A stretch of DNA of 24,000 nucleotides from Sulfuracidifex tepidarius (GCF_008326425.1 NZ_AP018929.1:362875-386874), one strand, 5' to 3'. Shown: positions 16,901 to 23,416, counted from the first letter of the stretch. The notes: a model not told the origin generated them from the letters alone. Numbers and translations: made by a program.

Positions 16901-17473
16901 AACGCAAACATAAAGACCTTCGTCATGGCTTGGTACGGGTTTGGGACTGAGGCCACTTACCCGTCTTTCTCCCGGAATGACTCCAACAGTGTGGCAACTT
17001 ACTCAAGCGTCCCTTCAAGTGACGTGTCCATAGTGAACCTGAACTACGCCGGCAGTCTGGAAACACCTCCAACTCAGAACGAGGAGCTCCTGTCGCTTTA
17101 CGAGTCTGACTCGTCCTCCTCCAATTACCTCTACAAGGGGACCATGTATCAGGTAACCAACCCGGTGAACTACGTGAACTATGGAAACACCTCACTGACT
17201 GACTTCTCAGGTACCTTCAATGGGGTCTACCTGACTTGGGACCAGTTGAGCTACTTGGAGATCGTTAAGTCCTCAGGGGGCTCACTAGCTGGAGGGCTAG
17301 TATCGTCCTTTTTGGGAGGTTTCGGTCTGTTGACCGGAGTGGGGACACTCCTCTCCCTGATACAAGGGAGCACAAGGTACGCGTTCTTCACGTACTACAG
17401 CGAGCCCTTCTTAAACCAGGGGAACGAGGCGATCCAACCAAGCTCGTGGTCCTATAATGTAGATCTCTATTGA
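13901..17473 (+). CDS. Giant (1190 aa) sequon-rich surface protein with a pilin-like N-terminal helix, a central TM segment and a Gly-rich C-terminal hydrophobic segment
   Basis: It is a single uninterrupted 3.57-kb ORF. The N-terminus ...HRMNELLGLIALTMVIIVSVGVVSYFF aligns in register with the pilin-2 mature end VSEVVGAVLLILITLIA. I hand-counted about 34 N-x-S/T sequons. Hydrophobic segments are WLLYAVGLTIGIVVLIASAGG (about 16590-16660) and GGLVSSFLGGFGLLTGVGTLLSLI (about 17275-17365). An alternative start is ATG 13940. Confidence 0.85.
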   Translation: MKFFNSQYLLLHRMNELLGLIALTMVIIVSVGVVSYFFILYDQSQEEYMNQIKETALSSPLRADSWSNGTIAYFVNNGTEKTVTGLVYVLGGKFFTLSFSDMKVPTFLQGYMKYLPSCYSRVDFNGFVLGTTGTQVNNGITLDTGQRLAVPYPGGFVGLVTTGSAEWYPYYPTQGFYNMANQDSNVSEALLKQVYGENSVASNLLSQDEANLTIEVSGGGEVGVVASNGQWQEFTQGDWTMTLPKYVNVTLIAITGYDTTMDGFKVSGSFQGISSSYLFEEINLTGDAVVQAQFSYYSSSEFMNSSSTCPMKVYVNFNDAGYPFPGGYAVASGDGQSVVFDNTQYFVINYTQSLNVTFHNFPFSGYVDNKQTLSSGDQEVNPKFPFLAYELSFVNIQTGQSIYALSLLNTTFFGVGVQCYFLIYGNYYPGSLPEHVTLTYPGYRLSSSNSSSLLFLGIPSQIGENGSACCPAQCQTYSYPVLNETASMNGVFVAPGFSVNESVINVTVGEHNLTTDTEEGFQDLKIYMRPIVDVFIIPNGSGLLIANFTNAVTGDPQYQIINPLSFYEATVPWGSTVNVSADSFVNGVTFQGWRMNESGSLVLSNLMERPYSGLISVNVCLTTGDWVVICGSFSRYDVVNVSVVNGVGGILQGVSPPSDQVVYLSQNIPVSVNSIMCVEAFPYSSYLFSNWSGNVSYVTFHNYTLLEPNGKEGSYLSGTNVLFNPTMDVLVTKPFSLTSNYAPVPKDSYLSLGFDINGSVQGNYTVFQDGNYTTYNMSNYNLIRLHVGAGHYPLNVYDVNFSFVVYNWQGGNQLGVSLSSENSSYVPIPHTHFLHLLHNSSTISNTEYSFPGNVINATVRANVAVTPVVIWVNGKPHLYGIYQTTMEGLTFYNKPTPWYDWLLYAVGLTIGIVVLIASAGGPSEIIEGVETTISQAIDEGVSLTTVKFFFRGLLKVAGLDFFDLTEGPSNTLLRIKTVLLVAYDADTYIALILSKEGITNNANIKTFVMAWYGFGTEATYPSFSRNDSNSVATYSSVPSSDVSIVNLNYAGSLETPPTQNEELLSLYESDSSSSNYLYKGTMYQVTNPVNYVNYGNTSLTDFSGTFNGVYLTWDQLSYLEIVKSSGGSLAGGLVSSFLGGFGLLTGVGTLLSLIQGSTRYAFFTYYSEPFLNQGNEAIQPSSWSYNVDLY

Positions 17474-17543
17474 TCTGTCTACAAGCCCTAGAAAAGCGTT
17501 GTCTGAAACGAAGGACGGAAAAAGAGAACATATTTCTGAAATC

Positions 17544-17554
17544 TTTTTTATTTT
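17544..17554 (+). terminator. Oligo-T tract downstream of the giant gene
   Basis: TTTTTTATTTT lies about 70 nt after the stop at 17473. Confidence 0.35.
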
Positions 17555-18069
17555 GACTGTATTTTATTCTTCTTTAAGAAAAGTAAAGAATTGACTAAAT
17601 TTTCAGTTAGACATCTTTAAAATTGCTGCCAGGAGATATGTTTCGCGTAGTACTTCGATCTGTTCTATCTAATATAGTATAGCATTAAAGAGATGTGCTT
17701 CGCTAAAACTATCTTGCTCTAGTTCAGACCTCGATTCCATGAGTCTGCCCACCAAGGCTATGCAGATTATTCATGTAGAGAGAAGGGAAAGTTCGAAATT
17801 GCTCCTCGGATCTCTCCCCGCGGCCAAGTACTTGACTGGCACGTCACGACAACAAGTTCCCTGAGTTAGGTCGTCTACATCAAGCCAGTTTTTGGCTTAC
17901 CCTTGAACATAACCTGCTTCCACGTAAATGAGGTAGAGAATTGAGGTAAAGCTTAACATAGTGGAACACTACTGAAGCATTTATTTTACATGGAGACACT
18001 CTTCTACAACATTATTCTATCGATATATCTAGTTCTTCTATAGTTAGAAGTCTATAATTAGAAGAATAC

Positions 18070-18077
18070 TTTAAATA
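18070..18077 (+). promoter_or_regulatory. TATA box for the 190-aa membrane protein gene
   Basis: TTTAAATA is centred about 26 nt upstream of ATG 18101. Confidence 0.45.
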
Positions 18078-18100
18078 GATGATAGAGTACATTAACCTAA

Positions 18101-18673
18101 ATGAAAAAAGAAATTAGCGAGGAAAAGGATGCGATCAAAGTAAAATGGGTCACTCCGAGAGGAGTGTTAGCCCTTGTTATCCCCATTACAGGGCTCATTA
18201 CAGCGTATGTGCTGAACGATATCATTTTACTTGATTATGTCCACGTGATGTCCGGTCTGCTTTGGACGGGCATCGATATCTTTATGGGGTTTGTTTTATC
18301 TTACACGTTGAAGTCTCTTGATCCGAAGGCGAAAGCCGACGTAGCGAGGAGTTTAACTCCCACCATGCTCTTCCTCATGCCGAGCATAGCAACGGTAGCC
18401 GTTACTAGCGGGTACATTTTAGCAAGTGAAATGGGAATTTTTAGCTTAAGCTCTCCGTTGATAATATCTGCCGTAATAATAATAGCTATATTGATGATAC
18501 AAGGTTTCGGGATATTCTTGCCAAATGAGGTCAGAGTAGTGCTTGAATTGAACAAAGATGAACCTAGCTACGGAAAAATTGGAAAGTTAATGATGATAAA
18601 CTTCAAGCTATCTGGAGTACAAGGGATACTTCAGTTATTGTTAATTTTCGTCATGGCCCACCTAGCTATTTAA
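18101..18673 (+). CDS. Hypothetical integral membrane protein (about 4 TM helices)
   Basis: The hydrophobic segments are VLALVIPITGLITAYVL, VMSGLLWTGIDIFMGFVLSY, MLFLMPSIATVAVTSGYILA, LIISAVIIIAILMIQGFGIF and a C-terminal LLLIFVMAHLAI. The promoter geometry is good. The gene is visibly more AT-rich than its neighbours. I recognise no family. Confidence 0.7.
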   Translation: MKKEISEEKDAIKVKWVTPRGVLALVIPITGLITAYVLNDIILLDYVHVMSGLLWTGIDIFMGFVLSYTLKSLDPKAKADVARSLTPTMLFLMPSIATVAVTSGYILASEMGIFSLSSPLIISAVIIIAILMIQGFGIFLPNEVRVVLELNKDEPSYGKIGKLMMINFKLSGVQGILQLLLIFVMAHLAI

Positions 18674-19029
18674 GAACTCAGTGTCTTTCTTTTCAGGATC
18701 ATGCAAGGCACTTATTTTTCTTTTATGCGAGTCCGTGGCTCATGATAAGTTCTAATCAAGCGCCTAGCTAAAGGGAGTCACGTAAGCTCTAGATTTGAAG
18801 AGATCCAAAGAGGGAGTCTGAACTTGTTTAAGGTATGGTAAGTGTATTCCACGTGGTGCTGATAATTGAAATGTTCCGAAAAGAACTTGATGACAAGAAG
18901 GTCTGCTAGTCTAAAGACGCAAAAAGCGTTCGTATCTATCTGCACTACTTAGAGTTACAAAGTGGAAAAGGAAAGATTTCTATCTAAGAGATTACATGAT
19001 GCGATCTGAATTATCTATCCTTCTAGTTT

Positions 19030-19043
19030 ATCTATTGATAGAT
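19030..19043. promoter_or_regulatory. Inverted repeat ATCTAT-TG-ATAGAT (candidate operator) upstream of a small ORF
   Basis: The 6-bp arms are exact reverse complements. It overlaps a TAGATTCT 8-mer (19039-19046) that also occurs at 7001-7008 and 11391-11398 in promoter regions. Confidence 0.3.
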
Positions 19044-19094
19044 TCTTTCTTAATTTAGATAGACTTATTAACTAGTAACGCATATTAGATTATC

Positions 19095-19241
19095 ATGGTA
19101 AAACTATTCGAAAAGAAGGAAAGAGAAATGTACTTATGTGAATATGCTCTCCAATACCTTAGGGACGAGTTTCCTTTGGAGTACGACAAAGCGATAGAGC
19201 TCAGAAACAGGAGGAATCCTTATTTATCTTGGCGATATTAA
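19095..19241 (+). CDS. Candidate 48-aa small protein (below the ORF-track cutoff)
   Basis: Hand translation gives MVKLFEKKEREMYLCEYALQYLRDEFPLEYDKAIELRNRRNPYLSWRY. A TATA-like CTTATTAA (19064-19071) is centred about 26 nt upstream of the ATG. There is no other support. Confidence 0.3.
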   Translation: MVKLFEKKEREMYLCEYALQYLRDEFPLEYDKAIELRNRRNPYLSWRY

Positions 19242-19981
19242 AAAGGCATTAAAGCAGCACTGAGGATCAACCTAAGTTCTTATTCATGGAAGTGATAAAG
19301 GTCGATCAGAGCAACCGTTTTTAATGAAGATTGGACTAATAGACTCGCCATAGTCTTGCAGAAATCTGCGTGAAAGCGTTGAGGTGTCGTGTTCTGATTA
19401 AGAGATTTAAATGGACACGAACTGACAAGGTAATTCCTCGACTTATTCACAAGGAACTTCCCTAGAAGACAGATGATTTTTATCTATCTCCAAAGATCAG
19501 GACTACTATAACGTTATCGTGAATAAGAGATCGCTCAGTTTTTCAGTGTGTCATGCGCCTTAATCCAAGTCTAGTGTACACCGAGTTATGAGATTTTCAC
19601 GATGAGGAGGAGATACCCGTCTGTAATGTGATAGGAAATTACGTTATTCAAAACTACTTTTACAGCGTCGATGGTGACGTTTCGATCCTTTCAGACCAGA
19701 ATTCATGGACTAAGATCTCTTATTGCTTATCACATATCTCTACATGAGTTACTGTGAAAGCCTGATCTAGATCAATTCCTTTTAATGGTCTTTCACACGC
19801 GTGCTGAGTCCACGTTGAACGGATGATCCAAGATACCCTATGGGAACGCCAAAAACGCATTATCGCCTTCCCTTCCTTGAATCTTTTCCTATTCAAGACC
19901 ACACTGTTTAAGTTCCAAAAATAAGTCTTCATGGTGAGACATGAAGTCAGTTGCAGAGACTGAAAGCATCCTCCCCGTGGT

Positions 19982-20476
19982 TCACCCTAATCTCGGTTCA
20001 ACGTATTTAGTGAGGAGATAATTGACTCCCTCTACTATGATGACTCCAGTTATGATAGGGTGTACAATGTAAAACAAGTGGACTCTCTCTAACACCCCCA
20101 GGAAAGTTGCGAGGACTGCTGGAGGGTGCTCTATGTTCATCAAGACACACAAGGAAAAAGAGATAAAGGACGCTATGGACGCCATGATTATACCGTGTAG
20201 GCCTAGGAGGGAGAACGCTAACCCTATTACGCTACAGAGGACATATGAAAACAATATCACAACGCTCCTGTTCATCCTCCAGTCCGGGTCTGGATATTTA
20301 GTTGCAGCTGTAGCTAGGAAAGGAGGGAGTATGAACTCGGTCTTCGTCGTGACCGTGACTGCGACCAGGACGGAGATTGAAATTACCAGGTTCAGGACGG
20401 AAGCAGCTTTCTTTTTCTTTGAAGGGAACTGCATCATATCACATTCAGGGCTCTCTAATTTATGATTGTTTGTCAT
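19982..20476 (-). CDS. HPP-family integral membrane protein
   Basis: It has four or five hydrophobic helices and the family-defining HPP motif in NIEHPPAVLATFLGV. The N-proximal ILPPFLATAATKYPDPD resembles the conserved first motif of the HPP family. Confidence 0.65.
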   Translation of the reverse strand: MTNNHKLESPECDMMQFPSKKKKAASVLNLVISISVLVAVTVTTKTEFILPPFLATAATKYPDPDWRMNRSVVILFSYVLCSVIGLAFSLLGLHGIIMASIASFISFSLCVLMNIEHPPAVLATFLGVLERVHLFYIVHPIITGVIIVEGVNYLLTKYVEPRLG

Positions 20477-20486
20477 TTAATTAATT

Positions 20487-20523
20487 TATATATATATGTA
20501 TAAACGAACTACATATATATATA
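20487..20523. repeat. Perfect 14-bp inverted repeat built on alternating TA (TATATATATATGTA / 9-nt spacer / TACATATATATATA)
   Basis: The arms at 20487-20500 and 20510-20523 were checked base by base. The repeat sits 11-47 nt upstream of the HPP gene start. Confidence 0.9.
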
Positions 20524-20756
20524 TAAAAAAATTAAAAAACTATTAACTGCTAAAAAGAAGTAGGCGATTCTTTCACCTTGTCCTCCTGGTCGTGGACGAC
20601 ACTCACGACCACAAGCTCTACGCTAGTCATGCTGGCCTGCGTAACGGGACGTAGGTCTCATACTCCAGGGAGCGGCCCTCCCATCGTAGTCCAGAGATAA
20701 GCGAAGAAAGCCCGTCTCCCGATTTTCCCGCCAGAACAGAGAGGGCACGAAAAACG

Positions 20757-20764
20757 ATATATAT
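20757..20764 (+). promoter_or_regulatory. TATA box for the zinc-ribbon protein gene
   Basis: ATATATAT is centred about 26 nt upstream of ATG 20786. Confidence 0.5.
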
Positions 20765-20785
20765 TTTCCGTGTCCCATTTTCCTC

Positions 20786-21367
20786 ATGGGAAACGACTTC
20801 GTTGAGTCCATGATCTGCCGTCCTGTAGGGATGGGAGGGAAGACCTTGTGGTTAGACGTGAGCAAACCATTAGTCATGAAGCAGCTGTCCCAGGACTTGA
20901 AGATGCTATTCAGGAGCGAAGGGATGACCGTGACCTCCACCTACTCCCCCAACATCTTGGTCCTCCAAATCCATGCCAGGGGGATAAGGGGCCATTACTA
21001 CACCGTGAAGGTATGCCAGAACCAGGGGAAGGTATTGATAGAGACCGGGATCACGAGCGCGAGGCAACAGCTGGAGTGGGCGTCTGCTGAGACGGGGATA
21101 GGCGTCGCTTCGGACGAGTTACTGCACAACAAGTTCCTCACCCTCCTCTCAGGGGCTTTCGCTGGGATCGACGTTGCCAGCGTTCTCGGGAGCTACCAGC
21201 AGGAGAGTTCTATCCTTCAGCAAATACAACAAGTGATTACGTCTTACGGTGGACAACCCCCTTCCGCACCGGGCCATCCAGTTCAGTACCATCGCTTCTG
21301 TCCAAACTGCGGTAATCCTCTCTCAAGACCTTCCTACTTCTGTCCTAACTGCGGTCATAGATTGTGA
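20786..21367 (+). CDS. Protein with a C-terminal zinc ribbon and an uncharacterised N-terminal domain
   Basis: The C-terminus FCPNCGNPLSRPSYFCPNCGHRL is two CPxCG knuckles forming a zinc ribbon. The promoter geometry is leaderless. A Gln-rich linker SYQQESSILQQIQQV is present. Confidence 0.7.
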   Translation: MGNDFVESMICRPVGMGGKTLWLDVSKPLVMKQLSQDLKMLFRSEGMTVTSTYSPNILVLQIHARGIRGHYYTVKVCQNQGKVLIETGITSARQQLEWASAETGIGVASDELLHNKFLTLLSGAFAGIDVASVLGSYQQESSILQQIQQVITSYGGQPPSAPGHPVQYHRFCPNCGNPLSRPSYFCPNCGHRL

Positions 21368-21975
21368 CGATGAACCAGACGACACGCCGGCGCACTGTCT
21401 CACTCTAAGAGAGGCATGACTCTATAACACGACATGTGCCTAACGAAATGGGATATCCCCGAAGAGGATCGGGTAGAGGGCGGTACCAGACGATACGCTG
21501 TTGCTTATAACTTTAGGATCAGCATCGTGATGATGTGGAGTGAATTTCATTACCTACTAAGCCTTGTTAGGTCGAGATCGTGAAGATTTAGAGACGGCTT
21601 CCATCACGTAGTTCCTCCTTAACTTTCAACGCTCTCTCCTCTTTTATGACATCCAACTGCTACCCACGTTACTCTGCTTTCGTCTGCGTCTTCTTTCCCC
21701 GTGAAGCAGAAGTCCTGGATAGCGTGTAGACTAGAAGCTAACTACCATTCAAGTAAACGACTTTGGTAATATCTCTCGTGAGAGAGGTGTTATTTACAAC
21801 TTAGCTTCATCGTGATTGTGAAGAACACGATAATCTTTTTCCATTACCACAGAACAAGTGTGAATTCACTTCGATGTCTTTCTCTTCCCTGTTTCATTAC
21901 ACTATCCTCATGAATTTCTCCTTTTCTTCTCTAAATAATTTAGGTGCAGACTAAAAACTAAGGGAAAATCCAATT

Positions 21976-21981
21976 AAAAAA
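21976..21981 (-). terminator. Oligo-T run downstream of uvdE
   Basis: The plus-strand A6 run is T6 on the minus strand, about 33 nt after the stop codon at 22014-22016. Further T-rich sequence surrounds it. Confidence 0.3.
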
Positions 21982-22013
21982 GGGAAACTCTTAGAGAATA
22001 AAACATTATTAAA

Positions 22014-22880
22014 TTAAAAAGATTTTATTTTATTCATCTCCTTGGCTATCCTCACAGCCTTCAGGGCACTGGCTTCCTTATCCTTTATCTCCAGCATGAC
22101 GTCTACGTCTTTCACAACTTTCAGGAAATCCCTGAAGTCCGTTTCAGACAAAGTGGAGGCGTGGACGCCTCTCCTCTCCCCTGGCTCCTGGGAGCTGTAG
22201 TCCATCATAGGCGTACCCCTCCAAGTTCCCCTCACTAAGTCCAGCGCTTCTTCCAAGCTCTCCCCGTCGTTGTTCAGGGAATGGTGTAGGTTGTCCAGCA
22301 CTATCGGTATCCCAGTTCCCCTCCATACCTCTAAGCAGTCCCTCACTGTGTACACCCTGTCGTCGTTCTCCACCACCAGTCTGTTCCTCAAGTTCTCAGG
22401 CAACAGGGAGAAGTTCTCAACGAACCTCCTGACCCCTTCCTCCTTCCCTCCCTTGGAACTACCCACGTGTATCTGTATCTTTCCTTCAACGCCCATCAAG
22501 TCCAACAAGTCGGCGTGGTACTTCAGTTCCTCTATAGAGCTCCTCACCACTTCACCCCTCTCAGAGTTCAGGACGGTGTACTGCCCTGGATGCATTGAGA
22601 TCCTGATGGACTTCTCCCTTATCACTTCCCCGACCTCCTCCAAGAGTCCCCTCATTTCCTTCCTCCAGTCAAAGGTCATCTTGGGATGGGACGCGAACGG
22701 TATCGTGTTGGAGCTTATCCTGAAGAAGAGAATGTCGTGTTCCACGTTCCACTCCAAGGTCCTCTTCAGACACTCCAGGTTACTGTTAGCTACACCCTTC
22801 ACTCTCTCCAGATGATCGAGTTTCACCGTAGAGTCTGCCTTGCACAGGGAGCGGTTTGTGGACACGTAGCCTATCTTCAC
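22014..22880 (-). CDS. uvdE: UV damage endonuclease (UvdE/UvsE family)
   Basis: TIM-barrel UVDE motifs are present: KIGYVSTN, FFRISSNTIPFASHP, ISMHPGQYTVLNS, IQIHVGS, LVVENDDRVYTV, IVLDNLHHS and MLEIKDKE. The ORF track extends to ATG 22949. However, family N-termini begin at the (K/R)xGYV motif, and a TATA box (22902-22909) sits about 26 nt upstream of GTG 22880. Confidence 0.9.
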   Translation of the reverse strand: MKIGYVSTNRSLCKADSTVKLDHLERVKGVANSNLECLKRTLEWNVEHDILFFRISSNTIPFASHPKMTFDWRKEMRGLLEEVGEVIREKSIRISMHPGQYTVLNSERGEVVRSSIEELKYHADLLDLMGVEGKIQIHVGSSKGGKEEGVRRFVENFSLLPENLRNRLVVENDDRVYTVRDCLEVWRGTGIPIVLDNLHHSLNNDGESLEEALDLVRGTWRGTPMMDYSSQEPGERRGVHASTLSETDFRDFLKVVKDVDVMLEIKDKEASALKAVRIAKEMNKIKSF

Positions 22881-22901
22881 AGCGAGAAGGAGGAGGGTAA
22901 G

Positions 22902-22909
22902 AAAATAAA
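22902..22909 (-). promoter_or_regulatory. TATA box for uvdE
   Basis: Minus-strand TTTATTTT is centred about 26 nt upstream of GTG 22880. Confidence 0.45.
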
Positions 22910-23172
22910 GGTGAGTTCCAAAAGGTGGAAAGGCGAGCACGTGACGCAAGTTGCCTTACGAACGTCAGAAGAGTTTGAAAAGGTGAATTCATCCCTAATT
23001 CGTCCTTCAAGAATAGGTGAACTCGTAAATATTGATTTCTGTCTTAAAGTTCTTCTCATCGAATGAATACTGTTCTAAACCTGACATAAGTGACTAAAAA
23101 GACTGTAATACTTTTGCAAAACTATTCGTTATTTTCAATTACTTTTAAATACCGTTTTTCGGTCAAGTAACG

Positions 23173-23180
23173 TTTATATA
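23173..23180 (+). promoter_or_regulatory. TATA box for the 23204 gene
   Basis: TTTATATA is centred about 26-27 nt upstream of ATG 23204. Confidence 0.5.
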
Positions 23181-23203
23181 GTATTACAGCACGTCATCGA
23201 CTG

Positions 23204-23416
23204 ATGACCTACGAGAAAGGTAAGAAGGTGTATTTAGGCACACTTAAGGATAGGACGGTTATAGATAAGATACGTTATATAGGCTTATACTTAGATCAGC
23301 TTAGTGATGAGGAGAAGAACGAATTTTTGGAATGGGCTAACGAGTTGTATAATACGCTAAACTCCATTTTGGGTAAAAATATTGGTCAATCTAATTCCAG
23401 TTTGGAAAAAAGTTAG
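23204..23416 (+). CDS. Small hypothetical protein (70 aa), probably the 5' segment of a longer frameshifted gene; mobile-element-like context
   Basis: The leaderless promoter is textbook. The ORF ends right after an A6 run (23406-23411), and the reading continues in the -1 frame. Confidence 0.5.
   Translation: MTYEKGKKVYLGTLKDRTVIDKIRYIGLYLDQLSDEEKNEFLEWANELYNTLNSILGKNIGQSNSSLEKS

Noticed and set aside
19720-19932. 70-aa minus-strand ORF in the 1.3-kb gene-poor block
   Set aside because: It has no promoter geometry and no recognisable motif (MKTYFWNLNSVVLNRKRFKEG...). It could be a pseudogene fragment, but I cannot support it.
20623-20940. 105-aa minus-strand ORF overlapping the 5' end of the zinc-ribbon gene
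   Set aside because: It overlaps by 155 nt a plus-strand gene that has ideal TATA-to-ATG geometry and a real zinc-ribbon domain. The minus ORF has no recognisable features or promoter.
22270-22815. 181-aa plus-strand ORF (and others at 22144-22326, 22686-23066, 22786-23010, 22877-23059) overlapping uvdE
   Set aside because: They are antisense to or shifted against a gene with unmistakable UvdE family motifs. Their Ser/Leu/Pro/Thr-rich composition is typical of shadow ORFs.
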